From Heteronotia binoei (taxonomy: Eukaryota), in NCBI RefSeq assembly GCF_032191835.1, contig NC_083227.1:102052001-102116000 (forward strand): a stretch of DNA of 64,000 bases. Reading direction: 5' to 3'. The translations under genes were made by a program, and so were the position numbers. Shown here piece after piece: positions 50,688 through 61,951 of this stretch; positions within the stretch are counted from its first letter, which is position 1; each line of letters starts with the position of its first letter. A model generated the notes under the pieces. That model was not told the origin of the DNA. It saw only the letters and a list, made by a program, of their open reading frames with translations, and did not search any database.

Positions 50688-53600
50688 TTTCACTCTCACT
50701 TCTCTACCTACTATCTAATCCAGGGGTGGAGAAGCTTTTTTTTTTGCCAAGGACCATTTGGATATTTATAACATCATTCGGTCATACAAAATTATCAACT
50801 TAAAAACCAAGTCTTTCCATCACCCACTCAACTCCCCCGAAGAATGGACTTTATTTGGCATAAACAAAGACCGTGTTGAATTAAGTTGCCCAGACACTGC
50901 GATCTAAGTAAGCCAACTGGAGGAAGAATGAGATAAAAATGCACCGAAGACAGCTGGAAGGAACAAGATCCAAGTGTAGCCACTAGCTTTGCATCCTTCA
51001 AAAAGATTACTAAACCATGATAGCTAAAAAAACAAGCTAAATGTGAAGTGTAGGAAAAATAAATTCCTGAATATTTTTTTTTTAAAAAAGAATCAACCCC
51101 AATATTTCTAAAAGTTAACAGCAAAACTCCCTAATTTTTTAACCAGTTTTTTTTATTTATTTTTTTAAAAATCCCACTCCCATAATAAAAAACACGATTC
51201 TCTCTCCTCTTATCTCTTTAATTCAGGGGTGGGAAAATTCATCAGATATATGAAACAACGATACAAGTTTTTTTGCTCAGCATCAGCTTTCCCATGAGCT
51301 TGGATGCATCAGATGCATGATAAAATATGCATGATGCAAAACATAGACTGTATCTCCCCACCTTTTCACCACAATGCACAAACGGGGCTACCCCTTGTTT
51401 AATAATCCCCCCCAACCATAAGGATACCCACACAAGAGCCCGTGCTTGCATGTGAGCGGACAGCAAGCTCCACCAGCAGGCATCCTCATGTTCCCAATCG
51501 GCCCTGAAGTGCAAGGGGGGGAGTGGGGAGGAAAGGCATAGGACAGGTTCCATCTAGGTACACAAAGTCGCACCCAAGGAAGATTTTTTTAAAATTTAGT
51601 TTGGAGAACGGGTGGTGATGGTTGAACTGAGCTGAAACAAGGCGAGGCTAGACCAACTCTAAAATGAGGGGGAGGTGGCAACTGCGCTGCAGAGGGGGAA
51701 AAGGAAGTGGGCAAGTCAGCTGAGGAGCAGCAGCAGCATCCAGGGTGGGGTCGGGTGCCAGGGAGGGAACGAGGGTGGAGCAGGCTAAACAGGGGAGAAA
51801 AGAGGGGGGACACAATTGGGGTCCCACCTGAGACAAAGTCCAGCCAAGCTGGGTAGGGGTGGGACGTGAAGAGAGTCTGGCTCTGAGCAAAATCATCCTC
51901 TCATCTAGGATGGAGGAGGAAAATTAGGACACGTTTTCCCCCATCTCTTGCATCCCCCTCATTGTCTTCCCCCTCCCCCCTGTTCCTGAGGAAGGGCCCC
52001 TGAGGCGGCAGCAGTGACAGGTAGGCAGGCAAGCAGGAAGTGGACACCAGGTGGGTCTTACCTGAGGAGGAAGAGGAGGCAGCCCCGTGTGTCATGTATG
52101 AAAAACTGGGGCTGAGGAGGGGTCCCGGAATGGTGCAGCAGATGGGCGGATGTTCCCTCCCCCAGCACAAGGGGCATACTCTGCCGCCTACTGCTCCGGT
52201 GCCAGGATTTCCTGGCTCTAAGGTGCCAGACCAAATGATCTCGCGGGCTGTAAATGGACGTTCCCCAACGCTGATCTAATCAAATCATGTGGTACAAAAA
52301 GAGCAGGAAGGTATGGAAAGGCTTGCTAGCTGATCACTATAAGGCCCAGTCTCCCCACCAATGGGGAAAACAGTGGTTAGCTAGGAAACTTAGAGAGCAA
52401 TCCTTAGGAGGGGGGGGCCTGAAAGTGCTTTGGAGGCAGACTTACCACTTCACCAGCAGGAATGGGAGGTATGTAACTCTAACCACTTCCCCGCTGCTGC
52501 AGATGGGACTTACATCAGTCTGCGCACGCCACAGTGTGTGTCCTAGACCACAGGCGGAGCGCTGTCCCGCCTAGCCAGCAGCGCAACTGGGGTGCAGGAA
52601 GGTACGCCCGTGAGCAAGAGCCAGGCCTAGGGGTGTGGCTAGCATTAGGCAGCTTCCTAAGACCTCTCAGCCCAGACACGCCCCATGAGAGGCGTAAAGT
52701 TACAGCAAGGTAAATCGTGGCAGATCCCATAGGCACCCATGTGTCCCGAAAACAAAGGTTCCCGATGCTTCTAGCGCAGCCTCAGAACCTCTCAGGGAGC
52801 TGACTAAACAGCACACCAATCCCCACATGCTCAGGATGAGGCGAATCCCCAGTCCAGCACCCAAGCAGAGCCCCCCCTCTCCTACAAAGGCTGCCAGTCC
52901 TGCCGCACACACCTTTTAGGTAGGGCCAACACGGAGATCTGCCGGGGAGCTCTCTGCCCCATGGACTTAGAGCAAGGGGGGGCACTTTGGTGATGGACAC
53001 CGCACAGGGAATTTGTTTAGACAGTATAGGGTGGGCGATTTGCGAGGAGGGGAACGAGGTCTCTCCTCTGTGGCTAACCTCTTATTTCCGAGCCCAAACA
53101 GGTGCCCAAAGCTTGGCGTGTAGAGCCGGTTACGCACCGATGGGTAAGTGCGTGTGCTGCAAACTCGCCTCTCCCCCCCTCGTTCACAGTGACAGTGTCT
53201 TCGGCACTCGACCCACGCTGCAAGCACAGGCAGGGACGCTTGCCCCGGCCCCCGCATGTTGCTGAAGGCCCTCCTCATCGGTCTGTTCTCTGCCTCATTC
53301 CCACCCCTGGCGGGGGGGGGGGGGGTCCGGCAGCTCCAATGTCTGTGGAGAGGTGGGTCAGGGACTGTCCCTTTAAGAGATTCCCTCAGCACAACACATG
53401 TGCATGCTGCAGCTACCTCCCTTTGGGTGCTCTTGATCTCTGTATCTGTTTTGCAGGTGGGAATGCAAGAGGCTTCTGTGTGGGGTGCTTCCTCCCCCCC
53501 CTTCTCTGTCAGCTGTTCCCACCCTCCTCTGAGTGAAGCCTCATGCCCCTCTCGCCCAGCAAGACTGTCCCAGGTGTTCCTAGGAAACTCTTGCACCCAG

Positions 53601-54766
53601 GCCCTGACCAATAAAGTCTTGAGATGTGCCACTCTTTGTCTCGAGTGCATGGTGTCTGCTGCACATTCCCTCTGCCCCACCCCCTCCCAAGTGTGCTGTG
53701 TGAAGTGTTCCCTCTGTCACTGGGTTCCCCGAGGAAACGTCACATTTCATGGGAAGGGGCCGAGTATGAGCCAGTATAGTGAGAGAGTGGATAGGGGAGC
53801 CTGAAGGTTCTTCCCCCCCCCTCATCCCATTGCACAGAACAGAGGGGAGTGTGGGAGAGGGCATGCGCTGGGTACCTGGTTGACATCTTGCACTCTGTGT
53901 CCTGCTGCCAACGGGGGCAGGGTTCCCTGCAAGGGGGGGGATGCAATAAGGCTCTGGGTCCGTGCTGGGCAGCGCTGCCCTGTGGGACTTGGACATACCG
54001 CAGCTCTGTCTTCTCTTTCCTGGACACACATTTTGCCTGGTTTCCCTGATTGCAGACTCCTGCCCTATGTTTTCCCTGCCTGTGTATGGCAAGGGGGAAG
54101 GGTCATGACTTCTCTCACCTGCTTGCCATTGGCATGAGTCTCTGACAGTGGGCAGGGCCGTGGGACTGGCCAGTCCTGCAGCTCCGCACTTCTCCTTTCC
54201 CACCCCCACCACAGCAGCACACCATGCTTCTGTTTCTCTTGCGTGCATGCCCAGTGGCACTCCTTTCCCTTGCCACATTGGTGGGACTTCTCTCCCTTGA
54301 CGGTGACCATCTGGCCATGATTGGCTCAGGTCTCTGGCAGAGTGGGGAAAACGAACATCCTCTCTGGGGCTGCCTTTTCCCACCCCCAACTGTCATCTGC
54401 CAGGGTGCCTGGCCAATCCGGGGGGCCTGGGCTGGCCCTCCCCTCCTCCTGCGTCTGCCATGCTCGAACGCTCCAGTGGGGTTGCCATGGCAACTGCCCG
54501 CCTTATGCCTCTCCCCCCCCCCCCCCGCCTGAGCGTGCCAATCCCCTCAGGGACTCGATGAGCGGACCGGACTTACGGCATGGCCAGGCATTGTGTATGA
54601 TAGGATTGGGCTGCCCGGTGCTGAACCAGCATGGAAGGCAGGCAGGCGTGTGGTTTATAGATGTCATTTCCCAAAGGTAATCAATAGGTTTTGCAAGCAA
54701 ACAGTGTGTTTTCCTTGTGTATTCCTCTCAAGCTAAACTTAAAAGTGCTTTTCCAAGAACATATAC

Positions 54767-54874
54767 CTTTTCACATTGTTCTTCTTTACTGGCATCCTTA
54801 TTAGCTTCTTGTTTGCGTTTCTTTTCCAGTTCTTTTTGTCGTTCAAGTTTTTGTTGTTTTCTCAGTTCTTCACG
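54767..54874 (-). CDS. GNL3: GNL3 exon 4 (coiled coil)
   Basis: REELRKQQKLERQKELEKKRK. Confidence 0.93.
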
Positions 54875-55869
54875 CTGTTCACATACACACAAGAAACACA
54901 AAATGATAACAAGGAAAGGTCTCCTCTATTCAGAAAGATCACTGTATTCAACTTGGATTGGGGAGACCCTGGAAATCCCCACTCAAGCCATAAATCTCTC
55001 TGGTAAACTCTGAGTCATCTACTCTCTCTCTCTCTCTGCCTACTAACCCAGTGGTTCCTAATCTTTGATCCACTGCCCCCAATCAAGTACGTATCAGTAT
55101 CGTTAAATGCTCCGGAAGCCACAGATTAAAAAAAAAAATAGGACATAAAACTAGCAGTGATGACAAAGCAACTTTATACATTTATACATTTCTGATGCAT
55201 ATATACAACGGGCAGATCTCAGCCAATGAGACCCTTGTGCCTGATAGCTATCAGCTGACTCTTCATTTTAAGTTTTATACCTGTTCCATTCATGCAACTT
55301 TTTAAGGTCCTAGAAGGTTAAATCTATGGTCTGGGATTTTATTATCTCTCTTCTGTTGGCTATCAGAAGTCACTGCCACTGGGAAGAAGGGGACAGCTAA
55401 AATTCCAAATGCCCCCCCCATTTGCCCCCCAAAGTTCTGAATGTTCTCCCAAGCTTTGTAGACCCCCACCCCAGCCTTCATTCAGAACCACTGGCCTAGC
55501 CCAACACAATGTGTTGTATGAGATGGGAAATGGTAGCATATGTTAGGAATTAATACACAAAGGAACTATTTTACAAATGATTATTCATAATTTCATTATC
55601 AATATGTACTTGTCAGTTTTAATAGTATGATGAAGAAAAATCTGGGAAAAGCTCAACAGAATATGAGCATTAGCACAAATGTCATAATACAAAGCTTGGT
55701 ACAAAGCGGCCATCTGAATGGATGTTTAATTCCATCTTACTTTTCTTTGTCACTATGCTGGCTGAATCCTAAGACTCCCTTCCTCCACACAAAGGGTTTA
55801 TTTATTCATTCAAGAAAGAAAGACTTTTCTCCATCAGAATATGCTTCCCACATTAGCAACAGCCATTCT

Positions 55870-56480
55870 CCAATAGAGAGAGTATTTCTTTGCAGAAAAG
55901 GTACCGTCTGGAAAACTGGGCTAAAACAAATAAAATGGAATTTTAACAGGAATAAATATAAAGTTCTGCATGATTCTAGGATCCAAGAAATTTGTCTTGG
56001 CAGTAGTTTGCGTGAAAAGGATCTAGGGGTCTTAGTGGACCATATGCTGAACATGAGCCACTAGTGTGAAGCGGTAGCTAAAAAGGCAAATGTGATTTTG
56101 GGCTGCATCAAGAGAAGTATCACACAAAGCGATAGTATCACTTTACTCTGCGCTGGTTAGACCTCACCTAGAGTGTTGTGTTCAGCTTTAGGCATCACAA
56201 TTTAAGAAGGATACAGACAAGCTGGAACGTGTCCAGAGAAGGGCAACGAAGATGGTGAGGGTCTGGAGACCAAATCCTACAATGAAAGATTTAAGAAGCT
56301 GGGTATGTTTAGCCTGGAGAGGAGATGATGAGAGATGATATAATCACCATCTTCAAGTACTTGAAGGGCTGACCTATAGAGGATGGTGTGGAATTGTTTT
56401 CTGTTGCCTCACAAAGTCAGACTAGAAATTAAACCAAAAGAATTCGCAGCTGAACATTAGGAAGAACTTTCTGACAGTGG
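55870..56480 (+). mobile_element. CR1 LINE RT C-terminal fragment
   Basis: KDLGVLVDHMLNMS, KKANVILGCI and LERVQRRATKMV remnants. Confidence 0.85.
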
Positions 56481-57141
56481 TTCTTTGGGCTTCCTTGGGA
56501 GGTGGTTTGCTCTACTTTTGAGGTTTTCAGTCTTCTGACAGCAATGCTGATTCTGTGAACTTAGGCAGACCACGAGAGGGAGGGCAGGAAAGGCTACATC
56601 AGTGCTTTAGTTTTCATAGCCCTTTTTTACATGCTCAGGGAAATGCTGATTGCCAATTTGGGATCTGGAAGCAATTTTCTCCAGGTCAGTTTGGCCAGGA
56701 ATCCTGGAAGATTTTTTTGTTTGCCATCTTCTGGGTGTGGAGCAGGTGTCACTGAGTGTGTGTGTGGGGGACGTTTTTGTGAATTTCCTGCATTGTGTAG
56801 TAGGTTGACTAGATGACAATGGAGGTCCCTTCCAACTCTATGATACTAGGAACCATTTCAGTGAAAGGGAGTCATAGGATCCAAGCCTATTCACACAAAT
56901 TTGCATTCATACAGTTACAGAATCTGACACAAAGTCAAGTCCAAATTAAGTCAGGTTTATTTTCTGAACAATGAACTGGAACTATAATCTTAACTGTAAA
57001 CATCACTGGGTTGCTTAATTTAAAAATTATAAGAAATTAAAGTTTGCCATAACTTCTGATTTAACTACTATCATGACTTCTAACAGCAAACAATCCATCC
57101 AGCTATTCTATCATGATGGGCAATTACATCAGTTACTTTAC

Positions 57142-57279
57142 CCTTTGTTTCCTTTGTTCAGCTTCCCGAAGAATGTCCTCCTTAAAAGGTGCTGCATTAG
57201 GAATTCCTATATCTTTCTTGGGTTTTCTGTGCCCACGTTTCTTTGCTTCCTTGCGGAGTTTTCTATTGTGCTCTCGTAC
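57142..57279 (-). CDS. GNL3: GNL3 exon 3
   Basis: [34 protein letters not shown]. Confidence 0.97.
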
Positions 57280-57819
57280 CTGTAAATAAATTATTGTTGT
57301 ACATTGTTATCAAATATCTTAAAAGCTGTTACACAGATTCTCATCAAGCGCTCTTCTTGCATAAAGACTGCAGTATTATCAGTGTTTAGGTTCTAAAATG
57401 TCTTATTGCATTTTTTTAATACAAGAAAGCACAGTACATTGCATTTTATTACTTGTTTATAAGAAAGCATTGTATTACATGTATATAAGAAAACAAGACC
57501 TTCAGAGCTGAAATATATGGGGACATTAGCTGCTAGTGGAACAGGTACAGAACACTGCTGTAGTACACAATTAGGTACAAATGCAATCGGTGTTCTGAAA
57601 GCCTCGCTCATCTTTGACAAATTCTTTGAGCTTGTCAAGTTAGAACGCTCAGTTCAAGTTGCCACTAATCCAAAGGCTCTTGGAATTGTGGTCCTTCTCA
57701 ACTTCATTCTACTTTCTACCCTCCCCTCCAAACCTTTATCAGTTTATTACCAAATAATTATAGCATTTATCAGACCACTCTAAACAGCAGAGTCTGAAAC
57801 ATTCCTCTGGGGTAAGGAG

Positions 57820-58012
57820 CAGTGTTCCTTCTAAGGTGAGTTAGCGTGAGCTAGCTCACAGATTTTTAGCCTCCAGCTCATACATTTTTGTCTTCGCTCA
57901 GGAAAATGATTCCAGAGCACACTAATTTATGCAGTAGCTCACAACTTTAATGCCAGTAACTCACAAAGTAGAATTTTTGCTCACAGGACTCTGCAGCTTT
58001 GAGGGAACATTG
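57820..58012. mobile_element. hAT MITE (same family as 24597)
   Basis: Similar along its whole length to 24597-24787; TSD not recognisable. Confidence 0.75.
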
Positions 58013-58655
58013 GCCCTTTCTCCAACAGAAAGCATCAAACTTTGTTGTGCAGAGTGGCATGATACATGCCAATGACTTTACTTAGTATTTAAAACCAGAA
58101 AGAAAAAAGGATTCACATCTCTAGCCACTAAGAAGCCATGTCTTTTAAAATGTTTTTCCCCTTTCTCTAAGCACATTTTTCTCTCTCCAGAACTCCATTC
58201 CTTGTTTATCACAATTCCAGCTTTAAAAAAAAAATTCCTTTCATCAAGTTGCCTTTTCCATTTTAACCCTAATCACCATAAAATCCACTTCCCTTATTCC
58301 TTCTTTCCACCTCCCTTGTTGGATTCCCACCTCCTTCTTTCCACCTCTCTTGTTAAGACTCCCATCTCATCAATTATGTTCAAAAATAAAAATGAAGACG
58401 TTAATGTATGTCCTTAAATGGGGGTGGTACTGAAAGAGGAGGCAGCAATTAAGCCACATCCCCATGCAGAATTCTGTCCTAATTGCGTTGAAGGATAATA
58501 CAACCACCACTTTCTTCCTGCACTGAGTTCTCAAATCAATTCCATCTGAAACTAACAGGTACAGCAGCAATGCTGAACAATTTTTTTCCATTTCAGTCCT
58601 AAACACACACCGGGTTGGGGGTGGCGGCATGCAGGCACCTCCAAGGGTCCTAAGC

Positions 58656-59589
58656 CAGGGATGTCAAATGTCTGGCCAGTGGGCCAGAACCAGCCTGCCT
58701 AGGGCTTCAATCAGGCCCATGAGGCTCTTTTCTCCTGACTCTCCCCTCCTGTCCTCACATTTTGAAGCTCCAAGACTGAAGTTCCCAGCTCCTTCTTTCT
58801 TGTCTTTGCAAGCTGAAGCAGGAAGCAATTCTGGGCTGCAAAAGCTTCAACGAAAATGCAGAATGGACTTTCCATTAAGGTCTCTGTGCCTTAATGAACT
58901 TTCCACGAGCCCCCATGGGGGAATGGGCGGAATAATAATAATAATAAAGGTCTTTGTGCCTTAAAGGAAAATCTATTCCATGTTTTCCTTTCAGCTTTGT
59001 CTATACTGCAATGTATTTTAATGGAGTGGAACTCAGTTTCACTTTTCAGTGTTTATATGGCCAGTTAGAAGCTGTTCCTTGCTGGAGTTGTGCGACCTTG
59101 CAAATAAAGGGTTGATGCTTTGATCCAGCATGCCTCTGCTGAATGAACTGGTGCCTAGTGAGTACTCTAACCTGGGAACCCACAGCCAAAGGGGGATATT
59201 ACACTGAAGAGCCATTGTCAATTGGAGGAGACCTGGGGGCAGGGGGAGAAGCTTGCAATACCCAGCCATTTCAAGTTTTCCTAAGCCCAGAGCATTTTTT
59301 ATTTTTGGTTTATATTTTTAGTTTCTGCTGTGATCCTTGTGCTTTTTTTTAATTTTCTATTTTTAAAATTGCATTGCCAAATCCCACTATTCCCCCACCT
59401 TTCTATTTTAAACAAAACATTGCAACAGTTTTAAGCATGTTTGTATTTTAAGGAAAGAATAGATTGTATTTCTCTATATCCTTTATACAGTTTATCTCTC
59501 TACTCCCTGGCATTACATTTTACAATACGTGTGGCCTGGCCCCTTTACGTCAGATCCAGCCCTTCTTACAAATGAGTTTGACAGCCTTG
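58656..59589. mobile_element. hAT-Charlie-like MITE (degenerate)
   Basis: Ends cagggatgtcaaa/tttgacagccttg, similar to the 30389 element; partial TSD. Confidence 0.6.
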
Positions 59590-59631
59590 TCCTACCCAGT
59601 TCTTTTCATAGTTGCAAAACAAGATACTCAC

Positions 59632-59690
59632 CTTTTTCTGGATTTTATAGCGTTTATGGCAGGTCATGCGCTTACTAGCTTTCTTCAACT
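59632..59690 (-). CDS. GNL3: GNL3 exon 2
   Basis: LKKASKRMTCHKRYKIQKK. Confidence 0.97.
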
Positions 59691-61627
59691 CTGGAATAGA
59701 AACAACAATGCTTAAACTGCAACAGAATCACAATCAAGAAGACTAAATGACACAACCTATCCTTCACTAAATATGAAATATTACAACACCACTGCAGAAA
59801 GATCCCCTCCCTTATTTCCAGGTAGCCCCTGGAAAATCTGCTATGGTTCCTATAGCTTGGTAACAGAAGGGGAAGCAGAACCTATTATATCAGTCCTTCC
59901 TCCTAGTTGCAGAACCCATTTCAGTAGTTTGCAAGGATTTTTCTAAATAGTTAATTCAAATAATAAAGCTGCTACAAAAAGTGGTAAGGAGAGAAAGTAG
60001 TGATCACATGAGAATATGTATGGGGCTAAAGAAGCACATAAGATATCATACATATGTTTAGGATTGGAGCCATGTTCACTTAAAAGCGTGTCCCACTGAA
60101 TCCACTGGGCTTTACTTCCTAAGTAAGAGTAGACAAAAGTGCAAATGAAGCAAGAGCAAAAAAAATTATTGGTTGATAACTGCCTGAGATTCTTAAATCC
60201 TGGCCTAGGGACACTTCTCCCTCTACCATTTTGCTCCTCAGATCCATCCAATAATAGTGGGGAGTTAGTGGACTGCTCACTCTACCAGATATTAAGACAG
60301 AAAAATAAAATTGTCCTCTAGTAGGCATAAGAATTGTCACAGCTCCAAGAAATGAGACTAACTCCATACACCGTTCAATAGTATTTAGCTATTGTGCTCT
60401 AAATAGTAGAACAAGTCCTATTACATTAAGGAGTTTTAATTTCCAAGTTTTCCTATAGGCTCTCTACCTTTTTGGTATGGTGACCCAAAAGCCCAAATTT
60501 ACTTGGTATGGGAACCTACTTGGAAAACAAAAACATTCACAAATAATTGAAAAATGCAAACGCCTTGGATCCACTTTCACAGGCTTCACAATCTACTTTG
60601 GGGTCAGAAGGCCCCACAGGTTGGGAAACATTGTTCTATACAAGGACTCACAGAAATAATAAGGAATGAGGGGGCACAATGCGAAAATGTTAGAATAAAC
60701 CGCACACTTCAGTCTCTGCTTTAAAAACACTATAGAAATAATTCAAAAACAACAACAACAAAAAGGTTCAGTCCTCTTTCTTACAATGCTGGTTATCTGC
60801 AGGGAGCTTCTAAACACAAGGGGGCATTCCAAAATGTGATCACCGGTCAGCTTAAACACCTCGTGCTTGTTAGCACTAAACGCAAGCGAGCAAAGCGTTA
60901 CAGTTCGAGCAAGAGGCCTCAAACGTTACTTACGAGCGAGACTATTACGGGAAAAGGCCTGGAGAGGATGTAAGAGGTTAAGGGACAACAGGAAAAGGGC
61001 TGCCTAATACGCCAGAAAACACACACACAAATAACCTTGGAAGACAGAAAACCGTGCACTTAAAGGTAACAGGGAAAAAGGTTTTTTGTTATTTAAGAAT
61101 TCTGCAGAATCTAAGCTCTAAACAGAACACACGCGGTAACATGTGCTTGGCCCACAAGCAGATCAGATCGCACAACTCAGTACTCCCAGCAGCAGAACAG
61201 CAGTGGTTACTAGGGAGGGCCAGGTTCAAATCTCCACTCAGCCCTGAAGCTTGCTAGGTAGCCGCAGGCCAGGCACCTATGCCTCGCCTAACTCAAAAGG
61301 TTGATGATATAACGAAAAACAACGCGTGCCCCCCTGAGCTACTTGGAAGAACGGTGAGATAAAGAAATATTAAATACTTTCTTCTAAGGGCCTAAATGGT
61401 CCTCTCCATTTCGCGTCTCATAAAAACAGTAATCTTTCTTTCCGCACCCCCCCCCCCCTTCCAAAGAGGAGACCGGGCGACTCGGATTCCCACACCCCTC
61501 CAGAGAATCAACTGGCCCGCAAGTCACCTTTTTTTGGGGGGGGGAGGGGGACCTGACTAGCCAAGAGGCTGCGGAACGCCCCAAGCCACTTACTGTGCCC
61601 AGTCTAAAGGCTGCAAATGTTACTTAC

Positions 61628-61640
61628 TCGGTCGCTTCAT
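61628..61640 (-). CDS. GNL3: GNL3 exon 1 coding part (MKRP)
   Basis: gccATG AAG CGA CCG A|gtaagt; total CDS 1617 nt = 538 aa. Confidence 0.95.
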
Positions 61641-61789
61641 GGCGCCCGCGCAGGAGCTTCTTACTCTCCACGTGGAAAAAGGAAGCCTCGGCACGAACAG
61701 AGGCGCGGCCGTAAAGCATCCCACGTCTCACTCCCCTCCCTTTTGCCCGGGCTGTCGCGCTCCCGGCCTCACTTGGCGGCTGGGCCACG

Positions 61790-61951
61790 TTTGCGACAGC
61801 GGCGGGCTTGCTTGTTAGTGAGCAGGCGAGGTGAGCGGCAACAGTGGCGGCGACGCCGACAGCGCGGGGGGCAGTGGTGGCGGCGGCGGGGGCTGAGCGC
61901 GGCCGCGGCTGCAGGAGGCGGAGGATCAGCAGCAGCAGCGGGGCTGGCTGG
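61790..61951 (+). other. PBRM1: Probable non-coding first exon of PBRM1 (5' boundary approximate)
   Basis: GC/GGC-rich leader ending at a strong donor g|gtaagg (61952), divergent from GNL3. Identity rests on conserved synteny; no PBRM1 coding sequence is seen in the window. Confidence 0.55.

Noticed and set aside
52967-54389. Overlapping 237, 269 and 182-aa ORFs in the GC-rich block
   Set aside because: No transposase, RT or other motif recognised; consistent with stop-poor composition. The block itself is reported as a finding.
57635-57712. Possible C/D snoRNA in GNL3 intron 2 (CTGA plus an agaatg/cgttct stem)
   Set aside because: No acceptable C box at the right distance and no recognisable guide.
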